Origin: Planctomycetales bacterium
GTDB lineage: Bacteria; 4484-113; JAFGCY01
Assembly: GCA_022646745.1 (NCBI GenBank)
Contig: CP060262.1
Location: forward strand, 2,910,001 to 2,942,000
DNA length: 32,000 nt
Reading direction: 5' to 3'
The position numbers were made by a program, and so were the translations under genes. Below the pieces are notes generated by a model, which saw only the letters and a program-made list of their open reading frames with translations, had not been told where the DNA came from and made no database searches. This document shows, in pieces, positions 22,945 to 32,000 of this stretch (the stretch's first letter is position 1; every line of letters begins with the position of its first letter).

Positions 22945-24096
22945 ATGGCTGGAGTTCGCCGCGCGTATTTTGCCTGCTGCCTGGCTGGCCTGCTTGCCAT
23001 GCCGCTTATGCTTGGCTGCCAGCAGGCCACGGCTGCTGATCCCAACAAGCTGCCGCTGGCTGATTCATACCAATTCGCAATTGCCGCGGATGGTTGCCTT
23101 GCCATTGTGGCTGGCGAGGAGGGTCGCCTGCATACCGGAACCATCGGAGATGGGTCTCTGGACAGCCTTGCCATACAGGACTCAGGCCATAAGGCGCAGG
23201 AATTGATTGCCTCCAGCCAGCGCATCTACTTCCTGGATAAGGACTCAGAAGACCTGTACATGGTGGACCTGCGCGAAGCCAGCGGCGTCCGCCTGTTCCA
23301 CGACTGCGACTGGGACCAGCGCGAATGCCGCTACTTCCTGTCCGCCGATGATCGGGAGCTGCTATGTGCCGCGATTGGCGAGTTCGACATGGCAACCGGC
23401 TACCGCAGCTCACGGGTCAGGCTGGTGGTACTCGATGAAGAGGGGAAGATTGAGATGGACCATCTGTACCCGGTTGCCAATACTGCCTCGTTTGAGGTTG
23501 ACACGGGCCGCGCTGAGGTCGCATACGTTTCCACCTCATTCACGGATGAGGCGGACATTCCCCGTGTCCGGCTGCACGACTATGCCAACGACAGGGAGTA
23601 CGAATACCAGTCGGAGGATGTGTTCCACATAACATTCCTGCGTTTCGCCGGGGAGGACCTGCTCTGCAATTCAGTCACCAAGGGCATCATGGTGTTTGGT
23701 CCGGAGCTGGAACTGAAGTGGCAGGCGATGTATGAGACGGACTGGGGCCGGCCGGTGGCCATCAATGGCCAGGTGATCAGCTTCGGTGAGGACAAGAAAG
23801 TGCATGCCTTTGACATGCAGGGCAATGAGCTGTACACCGCCGGCTACGAGGACACCATCGGCATTGACCGGTTCACCAAGCGTGGCAACAGGCTCTTCAT
23901 GGAGTCCAGCTGGATGGAACCGCGCTACTGCGTACTTGATACTGACAGGCGAGAGACGAGATACTACAAGCTGCCGGTGAGCATTGACCGCGAGTACCAG
24001 TCACTGGAATGGAAGGGATCGTTCTGCCAGTTCGTCGACGAATGGTGTTACTACATCGATGGCGACAGAAAGCTGATCCGCATTGCGCTGCCCTGA
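22945..24096 (+). CDS. P3: lipoprotein paralogue of P1/P2 (beta-rich, unknown function)
   Basis: Track ORF 22906-24096. ATG 22945 gives MAGVRRAYFACCLAGLLAMPLMLGCQQ (lipobox L-M-L-G-C). Blocks shared with P1/P2 include DLLCNSVTKGIMVFGPELELKW. Confidence 0.7.
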   Translation: MAGVRRAYFACCLAGLLAMPLMLGCQQATAADPNKLPLADSYQFAIAADGCLAIVAGEEGRLHTGTIGDGSLDSLAIQDSGHKAQELIASSQRIYFLDKDSEDLYMVDLREASGVRLFHDCDWDQRECRYFLSADDRELLCAAIGEFDMATGYRSSRVRLVVLDEEGKIEMDHLYPVANTASFEVDTGRAEVAYVSTSFTDEADIPRVRLHDYANDREYEYQSEDVFHITFLRFAGEDLLCNSVTKGIMVFGPELELKWQAMYETDWGRPVAINGQVISFGEDKKVHAFDMQGNELYTAGYEDTIGIDRFTKRGNRLFMESSWMEPRYCVLDTDRRETRYYKLPVSIDREYQSLEWKGSFCQFVDEWCYYIDGDRKLIRIALP

Positions 24097-24115
24097 CCCG
24101 CAGAGTTAATCACCT

Positions 24116-24583
24116 CTACCGCCTACTGCTGTTGAAGAACTGGTAACTCTCCCAGCGCTTTTCCAGCTCGGCGATGCACTGCACCTCATGGCTGGGAATG
24201 AGCGATTTCGCTTGTTTGTGAAGTCCGGCGAAATCAAGCTCCTGTACCGAGTAGAAAACGAATTCGTTCATCTGGAAATTGGTGATTGTCATGACGTATA
24301 GGCATGGAATGTTGCCTTCGACATATTCAACCAGACGGTCCTCTATATCAGTGAACTGCTGCCATTCCTCCTCCTCCGGGATCTGGTCATCACGGGGATT
24401 GTTGTAGGGAATCGCGAAAGCCAGCTTGATTGGCAGTTCAGGATGGCGGACCCAGCCCTTAGCCAGCTGCCGGCTGCGGATGAAGACCGGCTGCCCATCA
24501 AACTGCCCCTGGATCACGCTGTAGTAATCCCCCGCACTTTCCCGCTCTTCCAGCGGTGGATGCTTCTTTGCAAATGGCCACAT
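24116..24583 (-). CDS. DUF695-like protein
   Basis: Track ORF 24116-24745. ATG at 24583 (MWPFAKKHPP...) lies 6 nt downstream of a perfect TATAAT (complement of 24590-24595). The pattern FDGQPVFIRSR...PIKLAFAIPYNNPRDDQIPEEEEWQQFTDIEDRLVEYV...MTITNFQMNEFVFY resembles DUF695. Confidence 0.5.
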   Translation of the reverse strand: MWPFAKKHPPLEERESAGDYYSVIQGQFDGQPVFIRSRQLAKGWVRHPELPIKLAFAIPYNNPRDDQIPEEEEWQQFTDIEDRLVEYVEGNIPCLYVMTITNFQMNEFVFYSVQELDFAGLHKQAKSLIPSHEVQCIAELEKRWESYQFFNSSRR

Positions 24584-24589
24584 GGATTG

Positions 24590-24595
24590 ATTATA
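24590..24595 (-). promoter_or_regulatory. -10 hexamer TATAAT, 6 nt upstream of ATG 24583 (possible leaderless transcript)
   Basis: The reverse strand reads cccTATAATcaatccATGtggcca. Confidence 0.4.
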
Positions 24596-24799
24596 GGGAG
24601 TTACCTGCTCAGGGAAACTTCCTGTGCCAAACGTAGTCATACTCCTGCGGTATAACTGAAGCAACAGGCAGCCGTATCGTCCATGGGACGGAGCGACGAT
24701 GTAAGTCGCCGAACTTGCCAGACTGACATCTGGCCTCTGCCCCATTCGTCAACCCCGGTCCCGCAGGGTGCCGGTGCGTCTTTACCGTGATCGAAGGAA

Positions 24800-25888
<1,089 letters not shown>

Positions 25889-25899
25889 GGGGACTGTCA

Positions 25900-26679
25900 A
25901 TGACAACGAAGATTACAGCCGAAATGCTGACCGACAGGTTGCGCGCGGCATTCGAGCAGCTGGAGCAGGTTGATGCGATGTGGCTTGGGGGCAGCAAGGC
26001 CTTTGGCCGCGATGACGAACTGAGTGACCTCGACGTGCAGTTCGAGGTTGAGGCTGACTGGATCGAGCAGGGTTTTGCGCTTGTGGAGCAGGTGCTCTCC
26101 GAAGTGTCGCCAATCAGCGCACGCAACCGGATGGCGGAACCGGCCTGGCATGGCATGAGCCAGTGTTTCTACCAGCTGGCGGATGCCCCGGAGCACCTGA
26201 TGATTGACCTCTGCTTCCGCAGGCGTGGCAACCGGGAAGGGCCACAATTCAATGAAATCGAGATCCATGGAAACCCTGTGATCCTGTTTGACAAGACCGG
26301 TTGTGTCAACCCGGTCCATATCAACATGGATGAACAGGTCGCAAAGGCCCGGGCCCGCGTGCCATATGTTGCGGAGCATTTCCGCCTGTACCGCCACCTG
26401 CCGGATAAGGAGCTGCAGCGCGGCAACCCGATAGATGCGCTGAATTTCTACAACCAGATGGTGCTGGCAACGCTGATGCGCCTGCTGCGCATCCGTTACG
26501 ACCCGGCGCGCTATGACTGGGGCTCGCGCTACCTGCACCACCACCTGCCGGCGGATGTGCATGCCAGACTAGAACCGCTGTACTTCGTGGCGGATTCAGC
26601 TGATCTGGAACGGAAGTACATGCTGTGCAGGAAGTGGATCGAAGCGGAATTGAGATGGTGGGAGAATCAGCAGAGCTGA
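25900..26679 (+). CDS. nucleotidyltransferase domain protein (Pol-beta superfamily, ANT-like architecture)
   Basis: WLGGSKAFGRDDELSDLDVQFEV matches the G-S-x(n)-D-x-D NTase motif. It is followed by a helical C-terminal domain as in aminoglycoside/lincosamide nucleotidyltransferases. Starts 12 nt after the peptidase stop. Confidence 0.55.
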   Translation: MTTKITAEMLTDRLRAAFEQLEQVDAMWLGGSKAFGRDDELSDLDVQFEVEADWIEQGFALVEQVLSEVSPISARNRMAEPAWHGMSQCFYQLADAPEHLMIDLCFRRRGNREGPQFNEIEIHGNPVILFDKTGCVNPVHINMDEQVAKARARVPYVAEHFRLYRHLPDKELQRGNPIDALNFYNQMVLATLMRLLRIRYDPARYDWGSRYLHHHLPADVHARLEPLYFVADSADLERKYMLCRKWIEAELRWWENQQS

Positions 26680-26687
26680 TTCCTGGC

Positions 26688-26770
26688 GAGCAGAAAGCTG
26701 ATAGCAGTAAGCAGACTAAATAGATTGCAAGGGAGTGGTCTGCTTTCCGCTCTCTGCTTTCTGCTTTCTC
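26688..26770. repeat. heptamer-periodic inverted repeat (GCAGNAA x4 / CTGCTTT x4)
   Basis: Left arm gcagaaa|gctgata|gcagtaa|gcagact. Right arm ctgcttt|ccgctct|ctgcttt|ctgcttt. The arms are imperfectly complementary. Contains GTCTGCTTTC at 26738-26747. Confidence 0.55.
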
Positions 26771-26785
26771 ACGCTAACATAGCGC

Positions 26786-27676
26786 GTGTCCTTCTCCATC
26801 ATTGCCCTCGTGCTGCGCATCATCGGCCTCGGCTTCGAGCGGCCGCTGGTCAAGGCGCTCGGGCAGGGACGCTCCAGCATTGCTGCCACCACGCTCTACT
26901 TCGGCATCGGCATCCTGCTGCTGCTGCCTGTCATCATCTGGCAGGCCAGCACCAATCCGTTGTACTTCGCTGACATCCATATCTGGATCCTGCCCTGCGT
27001 CGCCAGCGGCCTGATCTACGCGCTGTCCTTCCACACCTACGTCTATGCCATGAGCGTCGGCGAGGTCAGCTATTTGACACCGCTCTACGCCACGGCCTTC
27101 CTGTTTCTCTACCTGCTGGACATCGTGTTCGGCACCGCCACCTTCGGTCTTGTCCCACTTGGCGGCATCCTTGTGGTGATGCTCGGGGTGGTGCTGCTCA
27201 ACCTGAAGCCGGGAGCGGACTGGCACAAATCACTCAACCCGCTGCTGGTCGTGCGCCAGCCCGGTGCCTGGGGCATGCTGGTCTACGCCTTCGGCCTCGC
27301 AACCGGGCGCCTGATCGACAAGAGTGTGGCCAACATCGCACCGCCCGTGGCCTATGCCTTCCTTGACAACCTGCCGGCTGTGCTGATCGGTGCTGCGATC
27401 CTGCTGTTCCGCGGCCGCCTGTCAGATGTGATGAGCCTGCACCGCGAACGCACCAAGATCGCCTGGGTCGGTGCCGTCTCCGGCATGGGTGCCTATGTGA
27501 TGCTGTTATTGGCCCTGCGCGACCTGAAGCCCAGTGTGGTGGAACCGGTTACCCAGCTCAGCGTGTTCATCGCAGTTGGCATGGGCGGGCTGTGGTTCGG
27601 TGAGCAGACCCGTACACGCTGGCTGCCGAGCCTGTTGCTGGTGATCGGGGCAGCATTACTGCTCTGGAAGGGTTAG
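26786..27676 (+). CDS. DMT/EamA-like integral membrane transporter
   Basis: GTG start. 296 aa with about 10 hydrophobic helices and a Gly/Leu/Ala-rich composition typical of the drug/metabolite transporter superfamily. Confidence 0.6.
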   Translation: MSFSIIALVLRIIGLGFERPLVKALGQGRSSIAATTLYFGIGILLLLPVIIWQASTNPLYFADIHIWILPCVASGLIYALSFHTYVYAMSVGEVSYLTPLYATAFLFLYLLDIVFGTATFGLVPLGGILVVMLGVVLLNLKPGADWHKSLNPLLVVRQPGAWGMLVYAFGLATGRLIDKSVANIAPPVAYAFLDNLPAVLIGAAILLFRGRLSDVMSLHRERTKIAWVGAVSGMGAYVMLLLALRDLKPSVVEPVTQLSVFIAVGMGGLWFGEQTRTRWLPSLLLVIGAALLLWKG

Positions 27677-27691
27677 GTTGCCTGGCGGGGA

Positions 27692-28702
27692 TCAGGCCTG
27701 CTTCGGTGTTTCCTCGCTGACCGTATCAGCTGCCTTTCCGCTGCCATTGCCATTTCCGTTGCCATCAGCCTGGTGCCGGTACCAGTCGAGCGTGGCCCGG
27801 ATTCCCTCCAGCAGAGGAGTCGGCTCAAGCTGGAACTTCTCGCGGAAGCGGCTGTCGTCAACCAGGAAGTCGTGGTCAAACTGGTACATCATTTCCCGCA
27901 CCGACTTGAGCAGCGGGTTGAAGTTGGCCATGATGTTCAGCATCAGGCGCGGCATCGTCTGGATACGCAGTTCCGTGCCGGCCTCGCGATAGACCAGCGC
28001 CAGCACTTCCTCGGTTGACAGTGCTGGGGCGCTCGGGCAGTTCCAGATCTTCCCGAATGCGCTGCGTTCGCTGGAGACCGTTGCCAGTGCCCGCGCGAAA
28101 TCCGGGGCATAGGTGTAGGTATGGCGCTTGCTGATGTCACCGAGCATCTGGGCGGGCTTGCCGGCCAGCGCATTGGGGAACACGCGCTCGCCGAGCATCG
28201 CATTGCGAACACCCGGGCCATAGAAGTCTGATGCCTTGACGATCACGGTCGGGCAGCGGCCGCTTTCATGGGCCCTGAGCAGGTTGCGGACAAGCTTGGC
28301 GCGCAGGGCCGGTTTCTCACCATAGGAAGTGAGGGGTAGGTCTTCCTGCATCGGCTCCGTGACCGGGCCGTAGCTGTACAGGTTGTCCGCGAACACCAGC
28401 CTGCTGCCGGCATTACTGACACCCTCTATCAGGCCGCTGACGATCCCCGGCCAGCTGTCACTCCACTTCGTGTAGTCGATGCCGACACAACAGTACACAA
28501 CCTCGCTGCCCATGCAGAGCCGGTATGTGTCTTCCGTGCGGGATGCATCGCCGACGACTGCCTTGGCCCCGGCCGGCACCTTGAAGCCACCGCGCCGAGA
28601 GGCGGCGACAACGTTATGGCCCTTTTCCGCGAGGATGCGCACGAGCTCCGAACCGACTGGCCCGTTCGCTCCGAACACCACATGCTTTCCGCCCTCAGCC
28701 AT
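27692..28702 (-). CDS. NAD-dependent epimerase/dehydratase family protein (atypical SDR)
   Basis: HVVFGANGPVGSELVRILAEKGHNVVAASRR is a Rossmann GxxGxxG motif. 336 aa with a low-complexity GNGNGNGSGK C-terminal tail. Confidence 0.8.
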   Translation of the reverse strand: MAEGGKHVVFGANGPVGSELVRILAEKGHNVVAASRRGGFKVPAGAKAVVGDASRTEDTYRLCMGSEVVYCCVGIDYTKWSDSWPGIVSGLIEGVSNAGSRLVFADNLYSYGPVTEPMQEDLPLTSYGEKPALRAKLVRNLLRAHESGRCPTVIVKASDFYGPGVRNAMLGERVFPNALAGKPAQMLGDISKRHTYTYAPDFARALATVSSERSAFGKIWNCPSAPALSTEEVLALVYREAGTELRIQTMPRLMLNIMANFNPLLKSVREMMYQFDHDFLVDDSRFREKFQLEPTPLLEGIRATLDWYRHQADGNGNGNGSGKAADTVSEETPKQA

Positions 28703-28765
28703 GCTTAACTATTGTCGCAAAGGGAAGCCCTGTGGATAAGTTGTGGATGGAAGAAATCGGTGGAA

Positions 28766-29665
28766 TCAGTGTCCGAGGAAGAACAGGCACCAGAAATAGG
28801 AAACCACAGACAGGATAAGGAAAAGAAATGCGCCTTTTCCCATTGCCGTTCCAGCGCTTTTCCGCAATGCGGCAAAATTCACGCTCATGCCGATCGCGGT
28901 CATTGCAATCACGAGCATCGTTGATGACAGCCAGCTGAGCATGAACAGACCGGTTTCCGGTACGAGCCCCAGTGAGCGGATGATGCCCGCCACGAGGAAC
29001 AGCACGATGAACAGCGGCATGCTGACCTTCCTGGCCTTTTCACTCGCTGCTCCAGCTGCCCGGCTGGCCAGCATGCTGATCACGATGCTGACCGGGACAA
29101 GCATTGCCACGCGTGCCATCTTCACCAGGGTGCCGGTTTCGAGCGCTTCCGCCCCGCGTGCGCCTGCAGCGGCGATCGCCGTTGGCACGGCCTGCATGGA
29201 CAGGCCGCTCCAGACGCCATAGGCCGTGTCACCAAGCGGCACGATGTAGCTCAGCCAGGTGAACACGAGCACTCCGATCGCACTGAGGATGTTGATGGCG
29301 GAGATACTGACCGCACTTTCCTCTCGGCTGGCCTTGATGACAGGGCTGACGGCTGCGATCGCACTGCTGCCGCAGATCGCGGTGCCAACGCCAAGCAGCA
29401 GGGGCAGGTTGTTCTTCAGGCCGAAGATCCTCCCGAGCATGATGGCCAGCATCAGGGTGCCCGGGACGGTCAGCAGCACCGCCAGCAGCACCGGCAGGCC
29501 GATCCCGGCAAGGTCCATGAAGTTCATGCGAAAGCCGACAATCACCACTGCGGCCTCGAGGAACTGCTTGCCGCCGAAGGCCACGCCCGGTTTCAGCAGA
29601 TCGTGCACGCCCGCTGTGTTGCCAATGATGATGCCGAGCATGATCCCGATCACCATTGCCTCCAC
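28766..29665 (-). CDS. YeiH/UPF0324 family membrane protein (annotated from GTG; N-terminus probably longer)
   Basis: AMVIGIMLGIIIGNTAG..., GKQFLEAAVVIVGF and multiple TM helices match the YeiH family. The frame stays open upstream to 29779 and encodes a further TM helix without any ATG/GTG/TTG (see findings). Confidence 0.7.
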   Translation of the reverse strand: MEAMVIGIMLGIIIGNTAGVHDLLKPGVAFGGKQFLEAAVVIVGFRMNFMDLAGIGLPVLLAVLLTVPGTLMLAIMLGRIFGLKNNLPLLLGVGTAICGSSAIAAVSPVIKASREESAVSISAINILSAIGVLVFTWLSYIVPLGDTAYGVWSGLSMQAVPTAIAAAGARGAEALETGTLVKMARVAMLVPVSIVISMLASRAAGAASEKARKVSMPLFIVLFLVAGIIRSLGLVPETGLFMLSWLSSTMLVIAMTAIGMSVNFAALRKSAGTAMGKGAFLFLILSVVSYFWCLFFLGH

Positions 29666-29856
29666 CAGCAGGCCGGTGGACTGCTCGAGCAGGCGGCTCG
29701 CAATGATGGCCAGCCAGCCGATCAGGCCGGCGGCAGCCAGTCCGGGAAGTTTTTCGGTGATCGAACGCAGGCCCAGAGTTTAGCTGATGCGGGTCCGGCT
29801 TGACTGGGATAACATATGCTTGGTCTGGCAGACGCGGGCCCTGCCTGGAAAAGCAC

Positions 29857-30615
29857 ATGCCATTTACTGATGACCTAGTCAGGGACTTGATGATCGAGCT
29901 GATCGCCGAAGCTCAGCAGCTTGCCAATGCCGGAGATTTCGGGGCTGCTCTGTCCTCCGTTGATGATGCTCTGGTCCGGCTGGAAGCAATGGAGATTGAT
30001 CCCGCCAGGCGCGAGGTGGTCCGATACCAGCTGTTGTTCTCCCGCGGCACCTTCCAGTTCTCTGATCTCGAATATTCCGGTGAGAGGTATCTACCGCATC
30101 ACATGCACTTCATCGGTCTCCTGCGGCAACCTGCGGAAACTGCCCTGGGTGAAGCCGAGCGCGAATCCATGTTGCTGCGCAGCCTGACGATTGCTGAGGG
30201 GCTGGGCGGAGAAGCGGTCAGCGAAAGCGAGTTCTTCGAAATGTATGGACAGGTGCCACATGATGCACGTACGATTCGCTTCTGGCATGACATCAGTGTC
30301 TGGGCCTTCTGCAATGCTTACCGACAACCCCTATCCATGGCACTCGAGTTTGCGCTGCAGAATCCAACCGATAAGTACACCGAAGCAATCTGGCAACGAA
30401 TCAACCTGATGCATCGCTCGGTCAGCGGTGAACTGCAGGAGCATGAGATCCTGCATTACCTCAGTCTCCTCACGCTGCTGGGCCAGCTCGTGGAATTCAT
30501 CAATGTCTTCCAGCCGAGGCTAGAGGATCGCGGTAGCTGGACACCGGCAATCGAGCGCAGGCTGGCGGAAGTGCGGACCAGGATCGAACAGGCTAGTGAT
30601 CGGCAGACAGGCTAA
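29857..30615 (+). CDS. hypothetical helical protein
   Basis: Track ORF 29800-30615. ATG 29857 (MPFTDDLVRDLMIELIAEAQQLANAGDF...). Leu/Glu/Ala-rich, probably all-alpha. No recognised family. Confidence 0.45.
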   Translation: MPFTDDLVRDLMIELIAEAQQLANAGDFGAALSSVDDALVRLEAMEIDPARREVVRYQLLFSRGTFQFSDLEYSGERYLPHHMHFIGLLRQPAETALGEAERESMLLRSLTIAEGLGGEAVSESEFFEMYGQVPHDARTIRFWHDISVWAFCNAYRQPLSMALEFALQNPTDKYTEAIWQRINLMHRSVSGELQEHEILHYLSLLTLLGQLVEFINVFQPRLEDRGSWTPAIERRLAEVRTRIEQASDRQTG

Positions 30616-32000
30616 ACGGTGCTGATCGAACGAACTTCCCCGCTGCGAAGATCCACATACACAATGTGCCAGCGGCCATCTGTGCCAACCACGATCTCCG
30701 GAGACATCACCCATGCTCCATGTGATGAGCTGAGTTGTGCCGGCAGCGGCAGTTCCGTGAATGAGCCGAAGTCGCTCCAGAACAGCTTGTTGTCATAACC
30801 CAGTAGCCCGCAGTCCAGCGCAAGGGCGGTCCGCCCCTTCGCCTCCGACATATTGACGGAGCGCAGGCGGATGCCGGTCTGGATCAGGGCCTCGAAGGGA
30901 TCGGCAATCGGCACCACATTTGGGGACAGCCCGTTGCCCAGTGGCGGGGGAGCCATCCGTATGCTGTCCATCAGTCCGGAGGCATTCGTCAGCCAGGCAC
31001 ACTGCCGCTCACCGTCGGAACTGTCAAACAGGCAGCTGTCAATCGTGCGGCCATAGACCTTGAACTGGCTGTTGCTGTTCTGGTGGATACTAAGCTCAGT
31101 TGGCGTCATGATGTTGTAGTCGTAGAAGGCCAGGTCTGAATTGACAAGGCTGGTACCAACGAGGCAGATCCAGCGCGGTTTGATTCCAACGAAGCTGAAG
31201 CCTCCGTCTATCACGGTGCCCATGTAGGTGTTCTCGGACGGGTTGAATGAGACGAAGGTGAACGGGTTGGACTGGTTGCCCTCCACGAAGCGCAATGCGT
31301 TGGCGGGCTGCAGGTGCACATACCAGTACATCAGTTCGTTTGTGGGCTGGCTCATCAGGCTGGGACGGTAACCGGCAATGCCGGGGTAGTTCTTCTGCAG
31401 CACCCAGGCCGTTCCATTCCAGTAGGCAAGTTCCGTGCTGTTGACATCAATGTATGACAGGTAGACCTCGCCGCCTGAGGTGCTGGCGAGGTCGATGTCG
31501 GTGACTTTCCCGATACCGGGTACGCTGTCCGCCCAGTCATTGCCATCTGGGCTGCCGTAGTGTTCCAGTTCGTCGTAGGCTTCATTCAGCCAGACGACCT
31601 GCAGGCCATCCACACCGCTGGCCGCATGCATCTCGCCGCGGAAACCATCTGCGGACTTGCCTACCACGTAGTCGACAACAGGACTGCCGCTCGCCGGGAA
31701 TTCCATCACAGTGCAGGTGCCGTCCTTCAGTGGCAGTGCGGCAATGCTGTTTCCACCGGAAGTGGGCAGCAGGCTAAGCTCACTTTCCACTGAAGTGGAT
31801 ATCATCTCCTCACTCAGCACGGGCCAGTTGCCATCATCACGCCTGTAATATCTGCGGTAGTCATCCACGCCGTCCTTCAGCTGCAGCAGCACGTAAACGT
31901 CATCCCCGGTCACCGCCAGGTCGCCGTCCGGCGTGGCCTTCAGCCCCTCATCCGGCTTCTCGGGCAGTGACCAGAAGCCGCTTTCGTTCTGGTACAGGTA
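30612..32000 (-). CDS. large beta-rich repeat protein, C-terminal part (continues beyond window end)
   Basis: Track ORF 30612-31913 begins at an internal GTG. My translation shows the frame stays open with no stop to position 32000 (...YLYQNESGFWSLPEKPDEGLKATPDGDLAVTGDDVYVLLQ...). Recurrent strand-turn motifs (EVYLSYIDVNSTELAYWNGTAW, WHIVYVDLRSGEV) suggest a propeller or BNR-like fold. Confidence 0.6.
   Translation of the reverse strand, partial: YLYQNESGFWSLPEKPDEGLKATPDGDLAVTGDDVYVLLQLKDGVDDYRRYYRRDDGNWPVLSEEMISTSVESELSLLPTSGGNSIAALPLKDGTCTVMEFPASGSPVVDYVVGKSADGFRGEMHAASGVDGLQVVWLNEAYDELEHYGSPDGNDWADSVPGIGKVTDIDLASTSGGEVYLSYIDVNSTELAYWNGTAWVLQKNYPGIAGYRPSLMSQPTNELMYWYVHLQPANALRFVEGNQSNPFTFVSFNPSENTYMGTVIDGGFSFVGIKPRWICLVGTSLVNSDLAFYDYNIMTPTELSIHQNSNSQFKVYGRTIDSCLFDSSDGERQCAWLTNASGLMDSIRMAPPPLGNGLSPNVVPIADPFEALIQTGIRLRSVNMSEAKGRTALALDCGLLGYDNKLFWSDFGSFTELPLPAQLSSSHGAWVMSPEIVVGTDGRWHIVYVDLRSGEVRSISTV

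Noticed and set aside
29229-29858. 209-aa minus-strand ORF overlapping the 5' end of the YeiH-family gene
   Set aside because: The translation is Arg/Pro/His/Gly-rich and in a different frame from the clearly homologous YeiH frame. It does not supply a plausible N-terminus by frameshift.

Overview
High-GC (about 65-70% in core genes), tightly packed chromosomal segment from an unidentified diderm bacterium; lpxB and an LptC-like gene indicate an outer membrane. Most of the window is recognisable housekeeping: alaS (partial), lpxB, mdh, an AroE-like dehydrogenase, corA, a GNAT, a thiolase, nhaA, a DinB-family protein, queF, trmL, mreB, a RibD_C/DHFR-family protein, an M24 aminopeptidase, an SDR epimerase, DMT/EamA transporters and a YeiH-family protein. 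Many long antisense ORFs in the supplied track are high-GC artefacts. Parts that housekeeping does not explain: (1) Directly downstream of mreB, where mreC/mreD usually sit, lie three tandem diverged paralogues of a ~380-aa membrane-anchored or lipoprotein beta-rich protein. The middle copy is frameshifted and GC drops stepwise across the set. (2) A ~1.07-kb gene-free, hairpin-dense region follows mdh. It contains one isolated type I-E-like CRISPR repeat look-alike and is followed by a ~32% GC single-gene lipoprotein islet. (3) Four intergenic loci carry inverted-repeat elements built from 7-nt periodic units, and three of them share the 10-mer GTCTGCTTTC. (4) Perfect or near-perfect -10 hexamers recur 6-7 nt upstream of start codons, suggesting leaderless mRNAs. 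(5) Smaller oddities include a YeiH homologue whose first TM helix lies upstream of any canonical start, a lipoprotein with a duplicated pseudopilin-like domain, a 4-Cys small protein and a 29-aa hydrophobic micro-ORF. All coordinates, alignments and GC samples were done by hand and no database search was possible, so family calls rest on motifs I recognise.
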